From Chiloscyllium plagiosum (Eukaryota): a stretch of DNA of 59,000 nt. Position 1 is the stretch's first letter. Each line of letters opens with the position of its first letter. The stretch covers positions 1-59,000 of the forward strand of contig NW_025215021.1 in the NCBI RefSeq assembly GCF_004010195.1, given 5' to 3'. A program made the translations under genes and the position numbers. Positions 25,358 to 37,793 of the stretch are shown piece after piece. The notes under the pieces were generated by a model. It was not told the DNA's origin, ran no database searches, and saw only the letters and a list, made by a program, of their open reading frames with translations.

Positions 25358-25550
25358 GAGAAAGTGAGGTCTGCAGATGCTGGAGATCAGAGATGGAAAT
25401 GTGTTGTTGAAAAGCGCAGCAGGTCAGGCAGCATCTAGGGAACAGGAGAATCGACGTTTCGGGCATTAGCCCTTCTTCACCTGAAACGTCGATTCTCCTG
25501 TTCCCTAGATGCTGCCTGACCTGCTGCGCTTTTCCAGCAACACATTTCCA
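25358..25550. mobile_element. Fold-back mini-PLE (family 1), 193 bp, perfect 15-bp TSD
   Basis: TSD tacagggtctgttag at 25343-25357 and 25551-25565. The inversion point at about 25480 falls inside the hammerhead CUGAAGA box. Confidence 0.93.
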
Positions 25551-26199
25551 TACAGGGTCTGTTAGCCTTACATCAAGAGGAGGGAGAATACTAGAATCTA
25601 TTCTAACGTGTAGGATCTATAGACACCTAATTGATAATAATCTGGGCATTCTCAGCATGAATTTGTGATTCATTTTCATTTATTCTGCCTCCTAATGCAC
25701 TGTGCCTGTACGTTAGCCTTTAGTGACATATCAACAAGGACAACCAGGTCCCTTTCTACACTGACATTTTCCAGCCTCTCACCATTTCAGAAATACCTCT
25801 GTTTCTCTGACCAAAGTGGATAACCTCACACATTTCCACATTATATTCCATTTGCCATGTTCTGGCTCATTCACTGAGTCTATCCAAATCCTCCTGAAGC
25901 TGCTTTACATCTTCCTCACACACACACACACACATTCCCACTCGTATTGCATCGTTCATTGGCTCTCCGTATCAATTTTGTCTAGATCATCTTCAAACAA
26001 TTTCCAACAAATGCACCCATGATAATTTTCCATTCACAAACCCCTGCTGACAATTGTAACAGTTTCCCTTCTCCTGATGAAAGGCTAAGAGACCTGCAGC
26101 TGGTTGTGTTCCCTCTCACTCCCTTCTTAGATAATAGGGTAACATTTCCAACCTTCCAATCCACAGGAATCTCCAGAATTTTCGAAGATATTCACCAAA

Positions 26200-28049
26200 G
26201 TAGCCACTCTATTACAATATGTAATGGAGGTACCATTCGAAAGGGGCTTCAGGAGCAGAGGGAGCTGGGTGTGCATGAACACAAATCAATAAAGGTGGCA
26301 GGACAGATGGAGAGAGTCACTAAGAACAGTTTATTGATAAATGTAGTCACAGAGTTTAAGAGCAAAGAGGTGATGTTTTGCATGACACTTGTGAGACCTC
26401 AGTTGGAAGATTGCATACAGTTGTGGCTGCCACATTATAGGAAAGATATGAACGCACTGGGAAAAGTTTGGCAAAAATCTGGAACTAAAATTAGGGTAGC
26501 ATGGTGGCTCAGTAGCCAGAACTGCTGCTTCACTTCACCAGAGACCCAGGTCTGATTCCAGTCTGAGGCAACTCTCTGAAGTATCTGGAGGAGACCCACG
26601 CAGACATGGGGAGAATGTAAAAACTCTCTACAGTTTCCTCTCACAGTCCAGGGATGTGAATGTCAGGTGGGTTGGTATGGACCCGATGGGCTGAGTGGCC
26701 TGCTGTCATACTGTAGGGATTCTCTGGACCATTGTTGATTTTTGGAAAAACCGATCTGGTTTACTGGCCCCTTCAGAGAAATCTGCCATCCTTACCTCTG
26801 GTCTAGCCTATATGTGACTCCAGACCCACAGCAAAATGGTTGACCCTTAACTGCCCTCTGGGTAATGAATGCTGGCCAAACATTATCCTGTGAAGTGATT
26901 TCTAAAAAGTATAGAAATGTTTGACAAGAATGGTTCCAGAAATGAGAAACTTCACAGATGAGGATGGATTGAATCGAGATGAAGAAATCTCACAGCAAAT
27001 TGGAGAGAGATGTTCAAAATCATTAATTGGACGGATAGAGGAGCTTGGGAAAAGCTATTCCTGCATGTTCCAGAAAACAACAATGAGAGGAAATAGATTT
27101 AAATTGATGAGTAAACAAAGTAAGTGCAATGTGAGGGAAACTTTTCCACTCAGAGAGTAATTAGGGTGTGGAATGCACTACCTGGAAATGTCGGGAGGCA
27201 GGTTCCATTGAGGCATCCAGGAAGGGCATGGGGACATGATTTGGGTCATTATGGTGCACAGAATATGGGGAAAAGGGCAGGAGATTGCAAATGTGAGGTG
27301 ATGCATTTTGGGAAGTATAATTCGAAAGTGAATTATACAGTAAATGGAAGAGCCTTGGGAAAGGTTGATGAGCAGAGAGATCTGGGAGTTAGTGCTGCAC
27401 AGGTGGATAGAGTGGTCAAGAAGACATTTGGTATGTTTGCCTTCATCGGATGAGGTATTGAGTATAAGAGCTGACAAGTCACGTTAAAATTGTGCAAGAC
27501 ATTGGTTCGGCTGCATTTAGAATACTGTGTACAGTTCTGGTCGCCACATTACCAAAAGGATGTGGACACTTTGGAGAGGGTGCACAGAACGTTTACGAGG
27601 ATGTTGCCTGGTTTGGAAGATGCTAGCTATGAAGAGAGGTTGAGGAGGTTAGGACTGTTTTCATTAGAAAAAAGGAGATTGAGGGGGGACCTGATTGAGG
27701 CCCTCCACATCCTGAAGGGTATAGACAGGGTGGATAGAGACAAGCTTTTTCCCAGGGTGAGAGGTCGTGCTTTCAAGGTGAGAAGTGAAAAGTTTAAGGT
27801 GGATACACTCGGCAAGTACTTCACACAGAGGGTGGTAGATGTCTGGAATGCGTTGCCAGCAGAGCTGGGAGAGGCAGGCATGGTAGATTCATTTAAGATG
27901 CGTCTGGACAAATGCATGAGTAGGTGGGGAGCAGAGGGATATAGATGATTAGGAATTGGGCGATAGGTTTATACAGTGGATTTGGATCGACAAAAGCTTG
28001 AGGGCCGAAGGGCCTGTTCCTGGGCTGTAAATTTTCTTTGTTCTTTGTT
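26200..28049 (+). mobile_element. CR1 3' fragments (old copy 26200-27280; subfamily B copy 27283-28049)
   Basis: LVRPQLEDCIQLWLPHYRKD; ORF 27490-27948 HLEYCVQFWSP...FTQRVVDVWNALP; tail ttctttgttctttgttc. Confidence 0.85.
26494..26725 (+). mobile_element. V-SINE (HE1-like) with an internally inverted V-domain
   Basis: Head and tail lie on the plus strand, but about 26578-26628 is the reverse complement of the V-domain core. Confidence 0.7.
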
Positions 28050-28619
28050 CAGGAATGATGGGCTGAATGGCCACGCTCTACATGATAACAATTCTGAGAG
28101 TTGGTGATGTCTCACACCAGGAACCAGTAACTGGTTCCCTCCTTTAGCAACTATTTGAACCAATTAACTCAAACCAGAATACGGTACCATTCAGACAGCA
28201 TCAGCTCACACTTCCCACATGGCCTTCCAGTTGCCATGTCTTTTCCCGTTATATCCCTCTATAAACTCTCTGTGTCACCTTCACCATGTACCTTCCCGCC
28301 TGCTCTTTGGCAGGAAGAATACAGGAGCAACATTGAGGAAATGTTTGGATAATGACAGGGTGTAGTCAGCTCCAGACCAAGGGCCTGTCCAGAGGGTGAG
28401 TGCAGTTTGGTGTTTGTTGGTCAGCAGAGACATGATGGGCTGAAGGGCCTGTTTCTGTGCTGGATGACTCCATATGAGCTGAATATTATTTAAATGGAGA
28501 AAGATTGCAAAGGAGCTACAGATCAGAGGGAGTCTCCATCTATGAAGCACAATAAACTGGTATCCAAGCTCAGCAGATAACAGGGAAATGCAGAAAGACT
28601 GTGGCAGAATTGAAAGGCC

Positions 28620-30290
28620 AAAGAAACTCATATCCACCAGAGAAACTCCTCCACCATCGAACAAGAGTTGTTGAATGTGATACTGGCCTTACAACATTTC
28701 AATTCAAAGTTTGGGAGAAGATTTGTAGCTCGGGTGCTCGTTGCTGTGGTTCTGTTCGCCAAGCTGGGAATTTGTGTTGCAAATGTTTCGTCCCCTGTCT
28801 AGGTGACATCCTCAGTGCTTGGGAGCCTCCTGCGAAGCGCTTCTGTGGTGTTTCCTCCGGTGTTTATAGTGGCCTGTCCCTGCCGCTTCCGGTTGTCAGT
28901 TCCAGCTGTTCGCTGCAGTGGCCGGTATATTGGGTCCAGGTCAATGTGCTTATTGATAGAATCTGTGGATGAGTGCCATGCTTCTAGGAATTCCCTGGCT
29001 GTTCTCTGTTTGCCTTGTCCTATAATAGTAGTGTTGTCCCAGTTGAATTCATGACAAGAAACATGAGACTATTTTGTTGGAGTTTTATGTGACAGGTTTT
29101 TAATTTACAAATTATACATGTTGCAGATCATAAAAATGTTCTTGCAGATTTGTTATTGCAGGTTTACAAGAAAAATGTTGTATATGTATGTGGGATTAGT
29201 ATGAAAAGTGTAACTTTAGATTAATGACCCATGTATTTTGTAATGATAGTGTTAAGATTGAGGAGAAAAGAAATGAAGCCATCTTTTTACCATGATGGTT
29301 CATTTTTTTCTGAAGTGGTGATGGTGTAATGAAGTTGGTGTATAAAAATGGTAAAGTGGGGGAAAGTATTGCGTGGTCTCTTTAAAAAATGTTGTTATCT
29401 TCAGAAATGGATTTTTGAACAGCAGTGAAAGTACAGGCACATTGTATCAAAAAGCCATTGAATTAGCTGGCACAAGCAGCATTTTTAACCAGACAACAGT
29501 TTAAATACAGCCAATTAATTTAAAAAGACACTTAGAGATTAAGGACCAATTAAATTCAAATCTGATGGTGGTGACAACTTTAAATCAATCTGGTTGTAAA
29601 GAAGTGAATATGTAATCACGGGGATAAAGGCCGGGGGTCATTGGACAGTGAAGGGAGGGCCAACTGCCATCTGAAGAGATAAGAACTTCCCAGCTCTCAG
29701 AGAAAAAACATCTATTCATAAAGGTACACGGTACATTTCGTGAATATCCCGACAGCAGAAAGTGACGGAGAAGGCATTTCAGACAGAAGAGTTTGACAGA
29801 CGATGTGTTCAGAACAGAAGACATTGCAATGCAAACATCCCCAAAAGCAAAACAGCAGAACAAAGGTATTTGTGATCAGGAAAAAGATACAGGCATTCCA
29901 GAAGACATACTCTGTGTGAACTTTCAGAGACTTGGTTTTAATTTATTATTCTCTTATTGCCTGGCTTTATATTAGTGGGACCTGTATTTTTGAAACAGTA
30001 TACCAATAGAATTTATTTCAGTTCAGGAATAGGTAGTTGTTCAGGAGTAATTGTTCAGTTTGCTAGGAATTCTGTTAATTTGTTCATTGTTGGAGTTAGA
30101 TAAATAAATTGTTACTTGTTGATTTCGAGTGAGTGAAAAGATTTCATTTCATTGAAACACTCCTTTGTAACAGATTGTGGGGGTGAGAGGTATGTTACAC
30201 TCCTTGTCACACGTCTTTATCAGATTATGAGTTGAGGTGCTCCTCTCGGGATGTTTTGGTTTTAATTAACACAGGGACGTCGATCTGCAA
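28620..30290 (+). mobile_element. Gypsy (Gmr1-like) 3' end: RNase H remnant, 3' UTR and LTR (from about 29325)
   Basis: HQRNSSTIEQELLNVILALQHF (28636-28700) and NMRLFCWSFM*QVFNLQIIHVADHKNVLADLL (29060-29156) are RNase H motifs. The LTR shares sequence with 31610-32003. The 3' boundary is approximate. Confidence 0.7.
28705..29053 (-). mobile_element. Poseidon-type PLE 3' end with decayed hammerhead, inserted in the Gypsy RNase H
   Basis: Minus strand reads WDNTTIIGQGKQRTAREFLEAWHS..SINKHIDLDPIY, then CUGAGGA-UGUCACCU..AGGGGAC-GAAA-CAUU (about 28781-28814). Confidence 0.8.
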
Positions 30291-30664
30291 TGGATTAGGA
30301 AAAGGCAGGAAGCTGGAGTTGAGGATGATCTGATCAGTCTTTCAGAAATTCTTTTGAGGAACATGGGTGTGAGGCAGAAGCCATCGATTTCCCATCTGCA
30401 GCTTCTTCAATATTGTCCAGGGGGAAACAGTCGATGGAGTGGATTTGGACATCATCGTTGATTGGCTTGTAGGGATTTGGAATAATCCACAAAGATATTG
30501 TCATCGTTTTCACAATATCTGAACTGTAGACAGAAGAAAAGTGTCCAATAAATGATTAAAAAACAAGAAATAATCATCAGTTCGGTAAATTTAAAGAATG
30601 TGTTCTGTGTTACAGCTTCATTCTGACTTTGACTGCTGTAGTTTACAAATCTACAGGCATGGAA

Positions 30665-30745
30665 TTTGAAGGGCTTATGCCCAAAATGTTCATTCCTCTG
30701 CTCCTCGGATGCTACCTGACCTGATGTGCTTTTACAGCACCACAC
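30665..30745 (+). mobile_element. PLE family-1 short-arm fragment
   Basis: tgaagggcttatgcccaaaatgtt...ctcctcggatgctacctgacctg. Confidence 0.65.
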
Positions 30746-31214
30746 GCTCCAGACCAAGGGCCTGTCCAGAGGGTGAGTGCAGTTTGGTGTTTGTTGGTCA
30801 GCAGAGACATGATGGGCTGAAGGGCCTGTTTCTGTGCTGGATGACTCCATATGAGCTGAATATTATTTAAATGGAGAAAGATTGCAAAGGAGCTACAGAT
30901 CAGAGGGAGTCTCCATCTATGAAGCACAATAAACTGGTATCCAAGCTCAGCAGATAACAGGGAAGGCAAATGGAAGGTAGGTCTTTATTTCAAAGGGAAT
31001 GGACTCGAAAAGTGGGAGTTTTTTTTCCTGAAATAGTACAACAGCCCAGTCCAGTCCCAGCTCGATCACCGTGAACAGTTTGGGTTCTGATCGAGGGGAA
31101 CAGACTGGTATCGGAGACAGGCCAGAGGAGCTTCACTCGGCTGCTCCTGGGGACGGACTGTCTGATGAGGGAAGCTTGATTACGTTCGGCCTGTACACAT
31201 CAGAGTTTAGAAGA

Positions 31215-31338
31215 TGTAGAGGTGCTGGTGTTGGACTGGGGTGGACAGTCTTCATCTGACAAAGGACAACACTCCAAAAGCTTGTGATTACAAGGAAACC
31301 TGTTGGACTATAACCTGGTATTGTGTAACTCCTGACCA
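31215..31338. mobile_element. Mini-PLE (family 2) with 11-bp TSD inside an old CR1 3' end (30960-31605)
   Basis: TSD agtttagaaga at 31204-31214 and 31339-31349. The tail tgtagaggtgctggtgttggactgggg is followed by an inverted decayed hammerhead/aaacctgttggactataacctgg segment. Confidence 0.75.
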
Positions 31339-32844
31339 AGTTTAGAAGAATGAGAGGTGACCTCATTGAAGCATCGAAGATGGTGAAGGAACTTGTCAGG
31401 GTGGGTGCAGAGGCTGTTTCCCCCTGTGTAGGAGAGTTTAGGACCAGTATCAAGCTGGGGCAATGAAGACAGAGCTGGGGAGCCATTTGTTCAGAGGGGA
31501 GTGAATCTGTGGAATTCTTTATCACAGACAGCTATCGAGGCTGGGTCATTGGTACAATCCAGGCAGAGATAGAGAGGTTTTTAATCAGGAAGGGAATTGG
31601 GGGTGATGATGTTACAAAGTTGGTAAAACAGGGGAAAGCACTGCATCGTCTCTTTCAGAGATGGTGCTCTTTTCAGTACTTGGAGTTACAATGAATTTCT
31701 GAACAGCAGTTAAAGTGCTGGCACACAAATTGACATGGAGATTAAGGACCAATTAAATTCAAATCTGATGGTGGTGACAACTTTGAATCAATCTGGTTGT
31801 AAAGAAGTGAATATGTAATCACGGGGATAAAGGCCGGGGGTCATTGGACAGTGAAGGGAGGGCCAACTGCCATCTGAAGAGATAAGAACTTCCCAGCTCT
31901 CAGAGAAAAAACATCTATTCATAAAGGTACACGGTACATTTCGTGAATATCCCGACAGCAGAAAGTGATGGAGAAGGCATTTCAGACAGAAGAGTTTGAC
32001 AGAGGGATCTGGCTGGTTCATGTCCCGGATCTGTGTAGATCTGAACAGATTTGGACGGATTTGGACACATTTAGTTGTGAAAGGTCCCAGCAGATTTCTT
32101 CAGATTTGGCAACTAGTGACCTAGATCTTTAAATAAAACGTAAGTGGAGACCAGGAGGTTAAATGTCTTCAAGGTAGAGGGTGATAAATTCTTAATCGCG
32201 CAAGGAATTAAAGGCTATGGGGAGAGTGTGGGTAAGTGGCGTTGAAATTCTAATCAGCCATGAGTGGGCCCGATGGGCCGAATGGTCTTAATTCCACTCC
32301 TTTGTCTTTTGATCTTAAGTAGATAATCTGTTTAATTTTGGTTACACCTTCTTGGTTAAATCAAAAGTGGGGGAAATGGCTCTCCAGATTGCTAGAGCCA
32401 TTCTGGGGGCTGAAGATGCTTCCCGAATTTGCCAAGGAAGTTTAGAAAGACAGATGAAGGATATACTTTTAGAATTAGCAGACAAGCTAAAACTGGATTT
32501 AACTTGGGGAAAATAGGAAAGCTGAAATGGTAATGGAGTTGGCCAAGCACTTCGGTACAACAGAGAAACAGGCAAGGACAATGGAGTTTGAGAAAATTAC
32601 ATCACAACTGAGCCAATTGCAGTTAGTGAATTTAAAAGACTGGGTGTAATAAAGGAAAGCAAAGAAGATTCAAATCACAAGGAAAGGAGAAAGAAAGAGA
32701 GTTTAAATTTCAGCAGTTAGCAATCAGCCAGGAAAGTTGTGTAACAGGATGGAGGTGAAGGTAGAAGGTAGGCTTAGTGAGGAGGGTAGTGGTGATGAGC
32801 AAACCCATCATGGCCCAAGCCGGGTATGGATGTATACACACCTG

Positions 32845-34077
32845 GGAGAAAGTGAGGACTGCAAGTCCAGAGTGTGAGGCTGGAAAAGCACAGCAGGTCA
32901 GGCAGCATCCGAGGAGCAGGGGGATCAACGGTTCGAGCATAAGCCCTTCATCAAGAATGGGGGGTGGGCCCAAGGAGATGGAGAGATAAATGGGAAGAAG
33001 GGTGGGGCTAAGGGAAGGTAGCTGAGAGTCTGATAGGTGGATGGGAGTGGGGGGGAAAGGTGATAGGTCAGAGAAGAGAGTGGAGCAGACAGGTGCGACA
33101 GGTCATGAGGGCGGTGCTGAGATGCGTTGGAGGGCATCTTTAACCACGTGGGAGGGGAAATTGAGGTCTTTAAAGAAGGAGGCCATCTGGTGTGTTCTGT
33201 GGTGGAACGGGTCCTCCTGGGAGCAGATACGGCAGAGGCGGAGGTATTGGGAATACGGGATGGCATTTTTGCAGGAGGTAGGTTGGGAAGAGGTGTAATC
33301 CAGCTAGCTGTGGGAGTCGGTGCGTTTGCAATAGGTGTCCCTGTCGAGTCGGTTACCACAGTCTGAGATGGAGAGGTCCAGGAAGGAGAGGGACGTGCCC
33401 AAGATGGTCCAGGTGAACTTGAGTTCAGGGTGGAAGGTATCTGTGAAGTTGACAAACTGTTTAATCTCCTCGTGGGAGCACAGGGTGGCGCTGATGCAGT
33501 CATTGATGTAGTGGAGGAACAGATGTGGGGGGCTGTGGTGCTGGTGTGGCTATGGAAGATGGACTGTTCCACATACCCAACAAACAGGCAGACAGAGCTG
33601 GGGACCATGTGGGTGCCTGTGGCTACCCCTTTGGTCTGGAGAAAGTGGGACGGTTGGAAGGAGAGGTTGTTGTGGGCGAGGACCAGTTCAGCCAGGTGGA
33701 TGTCGGTGGAAGGGTACTTGGGACAGCATGAGAGGAGGAAATGGAGGGCTTGGAGACCTTTGTCCTAGCGAATTGATGTGTATAGGGACTAGGTGTCCAG
33801 GGTGAAGGTAAGGCAGAGGGGGCCGGGGAAATGAAAGTCTTAAAGGAGGTGGAGGGCATGGGTGGTGTCCTGAATGTAGATGGGAAGATCCTGGACCAAG
33901 CAGGATAGGACAATGTCAAGGTATATGGAGACCTTCTCCCCAGCCCCATCCCCCTCCCTTTTCTCTCTCAGCCTCCTTGGGCCCATCATTCCTGATGAAG
34001 GGCTTATACTCAAAATGTCGACTCTCCTGCTCCTCAGATGCTGCCTGACCAGCTGTGCTTTTCCAGCACCACACTCT
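32845..34077 (-). mobile_element. PLE family 1 (Neptune-like) with partial RT and an inverted terminal arm at 33933-34077
   Basis: Minus strand has SSVCLFVGYVEQSIF, YIND and sequence homologous to 53445-54230; terminal arms at both ends in inverted orientation. Confidence 0.85.
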
Positions 34078-34107
34078 TCAACCATTTGTACAAACATTAC
34101 TTAATGC

Positions 34108-34890
34108 CATGTGAAAGTTTGCTGATGACAGCACCATAGTTGGTCAAATCTCAGATGGTGACAAAACAGACTGTACACAGGACCTGGAAAAATGGTGCAC
34201 TGAGAGCAACCTCGCTCTCAATGCCGGCAAAACCAAGGATCTCATTATTGACGTTCGGTGGGATGTTACTCATGCCCCCCTACACATTAACAGCACAGAG
34301 GTGGAACGAGTGGAGAGTGTCAAGCTCCTGGGAGTGGTCATCCACAACAAGCTTTCTTGGCCTCTCCATATGGACGTACTGGTTACAAAGGCCCAACAAC
34401 GTCTCTTCTTCCTCAGGCAGCTGAGGAAATTTGGGATGGCGGTGAATACCCTCGCCAACTTTTATAGGTGCACCACTGAGAGCATTCTGTCTGGATGTAT
34501 CACTACCTGGTATGGCAACTGTACCATTCAAGATTGGAGACAGTTACAGAGAGTGGTGAACTCGGCCCAGACAATCACAAAGGCCAACCTCCCATCTATA
34601 GAATCCATCTACCAGGTCCGCTGTAAAGGAAAGGCCACCAGCATTCTCAAAAATCCATCCCACCCTGGCAATGTTTTTCTACAACCTCTACCATCGGGGA
34701 GAAGGTACAGAAGCCTGAACACACACACCAGCCGGTTTCGAAACACTTCCTACCCTACTGTTGTTAGAATATTGAATGGACTCACAAACTCTCAATATTT
34801 GCCTGTACCTGTGTTTTTGTTATTGTTGCTGTTTACCTATTATTTACTGATCTATGCTAATTAACTCTGTGATCTGCCTGTATTGCTCAC
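34108..34890 (+). mobile_element. Rex1/Babar LINE RT C-terminus
   Basis: KFADDSTIVGQI; ORF 34301-34864 VERVESVKLLGV...KAQQRLFFLRQLRKFG...IESIYQVRC...SHPG..LPSGRRYRS. Confidence 0.88.
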
Positions 34891-35133
34891 AATTGGCTAG
34901 AGACCGTGGGTAATGGGGTAGGCAGTACTAATGAGGTGTTTGCAGCGGTCAGATGAGTGGTGAAGAGAACATGAAGATGTGAAACAAGCTACTTTAATTG
35001 CCTATAAATGAGTACCAGAAACATATAGACAACAGTTCAGAAACATGAAGAAGGAACCATGATGGCTGGAAAGTGGGAAGCCTTCAGAAATGGAATAATG
35101 AGAGACAACAAACTTCTGTAGGGAGTTTAGGGA

Positions 35134-35458
35134 GGGGGGGGCACGGTGGCTCAATGGTCACCACAGCTGCCTCACAGCACCAGGGACCCAGGTTCAATCC
35201 CAGCCTCGGGTGACTCTCTCTGTGGGTTTTCTCTGGGTGCTCTGGTTTCCTCCCACAATCCAAAGATGTGCAGGTTAGGTGAACTGGCCATGCTAAATTG
35301 CCCACAGGGATGTGTAGGTTCGGTGTATTAGTCAGGGGAAATGTAGAGTAATAGGGTAGGGGAGTAGGTTTTGGGTGTGACAGTCTTCGGAGGGTCAGTG
35401 TGGACTTGTTGGGCCAAAGGGCCTGTTTCCACACTGTAGGGAATCTATGATTCTATGA
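35134..35458 (+). mobile_element. V-SINE (HE1-like)
   Basis: A/B boxes (ggtggctcaatgg; ggttcaatcc), shortened V-domain, tail gggcctgtttccacactgtagggaatctatgattctatg. Confidence 0.85.
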
Positions 35459-36921
35459 GGTCAGACTTATGTCGGGTTTGAAAAAAATTAAACATCGCAA
35501 CTTTGATAGATGAGTGAGAGTATTAAAGACAGACAAGACAATGAGGCTCTTAGAGAGGTTATTCTGCTGCTGGAGGAGTTTACAAACTCACTTCCAGAAA
35601 TGATAAGAACTCATACTGAGGAACAGAAAGTTCAACAGCGAGGACAGCTACACAGATGGAGGATGGATATGCTTTAGTGATTAAATCAATACCTAGCTAC
35701 TGACAGCAATTTCATTCCCTTAGGGATAGAAATTGGGAAAGAGGAAGATCCTTCACTGAAAAACAAAAGGTGGATCACACTGGGAACAGTTTACCACATG
35801 GGAAAAATGTTCATTGTAATAAGGTGGGACACACGCAGTCACAGTGCTGGGGGTTTAAGAAAGATACTGGGAAAAAGGATGTGTTAATGGAGGCTGAACC
35901 AGTGGGATTAGTTAAGGAAAGCCCAAAGGCAGTCGAGGAGCTGAAGGTGAGTGCACAGCCTAGCCATAGGCTGGAGAGTAAGGTAGCACCTGATCTTTTC
36001 AAAGACATTACCTGTGTGTGTAAGATTTATTCAGCTTGAGCAGGGGGAGTAGGTAAAGAAGTGAAAATATTGAGAGATACGGGAGCTAGTCAGTCTCTAA
36101 TAGCAAGGGATGAAAGTATTTGCACTCCATCTGAAATATTCCCAGAGGGTGCAGGAGAAATGGAGAGAAATTTAGCATTGCCCTGTGTAAGATCAGGGTG
36201 GAAGGTCCACTCAAAACTGGGAAGTGACTGTGGGAGTGATTGAAAGAGTGTCTATTCCAGGAATACAGTTTTTGGGAATGACCTAGCAGGATTCAAGGTG
36301 GGAGTGACGCCCCTTGTAATGGAGAAGCTGAAGGAAAACAAGGGAACTGTGTGGGAAGAAGCTCCCACTGTCATAAATGAAAGCAAGAAGGAAAAGCCAA
36401 AGGGAGAGACAAGGAGTTGAGGTCTGGTTCGCTGACACCCTGTTTGATGAAATGGGAAAGGAAGAACTTGAGTAGGTAGAGGCACAGGGAGAGGTGTTTA
36501 GTTCTGAAAGATTACTGAAGTTACAACAAAAAGGTGAGACAAAAAAAGAGTTATACCATAAGCCCACTCGAGTAAAGGAATCAGAATGCATTCCATGGGG
36601 TTATTATCTCAGGGATAGAATCCTGAGGTAATAATGGAGACCTTGCTAGTTATTGCAGAGGAGATATAGTCCGAGGTGCACCAGATTGTGTTAGCGGTAG
36701 CATACAGACAGGAAGTGTTACAGGTAGCACATCAATTACCAGTGGGAGGTCACTTAGCATGAGGAAGGCTAAGGTACAAAAGCATTGCTACTGTCCTGGA
36801 TTGCACAAGGATGTGGTTGAATTTTCAAAGAATAAAGAAAATGACAGAGGAGGAACAGGCCAGTTGTCTCTCCAAGCCTGCGCCGATCCAGATCCTCGAT
36901 CTAAACCTGTCACCTGTTTTG

Positions 36922-37231
36922 GAATCATAGAATCCCTACAGTATGGAAACATGCCTTTCAGCCCAACAAGTTCACACCAACTCTCCAAAGAGTATCCCAT
37001 TCCCCTACATCTTCCCCTGACTGGTGCACCAAACCCATATATCCCTGAACACCATGGGCAATACAGCTTGGCCAATTCACCCGACCTGCACATTTTTGGA
37101 CTGTGGGAGGAAACTGGAGCACCCGGAGGAAACCCACGCAGACACGGGGAGAATGTGCAAACTCCACACAGTCAGTTGCCTGTCTCTGGTGCTATGAAGC
37201 AGCAGTGCTAACCACTGAGCCACCGTGCCAC
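36922..37231 (-). mobile_element. V-SINE (HE1-like)
   Basis: Reverse complement of head gtggcacggtggctcagtggttagcactgctgc plus an intact V-domain. Confidence 0.9.
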
Positions 37232-37793
37232 TCTCTATTTTCTAAGGGTCTGTATCCCTCTGCTCCCTGCTCATTCGTGTATCTGTCTAGATCCATCATC
37301 AATGATGCTATCAAGCCTGCCTCTACCACCTCCACTGGGGATGTGTTCCAGGCCCCCACCATCCTCTGTGTAAAGGATTTCCCCTCTCACCTTGAACTCA
37401 TGACCCTGAGTAATTGAGTAATTGCTATCTACCCTGTCAATACCTCTCATGATCTTGTTGGCCTCAATCAGGTCCCCCCTCAACCTCCATCTTTCCAATG
37501 AAAATAATCCTAATCTACTCAACCTCTCTTCATAGCTACTGCCCTCCATACCAGGCAACATCCTCTGCACCCTCTCTAAAGCGTCCACATCCTTTTGGTA
37601 ATGTGGCGACCAGAACTGTACACAGTATTCCAAATGTGCCCAAACCAAAGTCTTCTACAACTGTACCATGACCTGCCAACCCTTGTACTCAATCCCCTGT
37701 CTGATGAAGGAAAGCATGCCCTATGCCTTCTTGACCACACTATTGACCTTCAGGGAATAATGGACCTGAACACCCAGATCTCTCTGGACATCA

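Larger units (their letters stand above)
31610..36827 (+). mobile_element. Gmr1-like Gypsy 5' half: partial LTR, gag (SCAN-like), zinc knuckle, protease and integrase N-terminus; pseudogenised and interrupted
   Basis: Gag ATG at 32376 (MALQIARAILGAED...LLELADKL). AYK*VPETYRQQFRNMKKEP / GQTYVGF; ILLLEEFTNSLPEMIRTH (about 35560); HCNKVGHTQSQC (35812); ILRDTGASQSLI (36067); YRQEVLQVAHQLPVGGHL...KHCYCPGLHKDVVEF (36700-36826). Confidence 0.8.

Noticed and set aside
25358..25550. DNA-transposon MITE interpretation of the hairpins
   Set aside because: Arms are asymmetric, junctions differ between copies, TSD length varies, and the sequence matches ends of RT/GIY-YIG-encoding PLEs.
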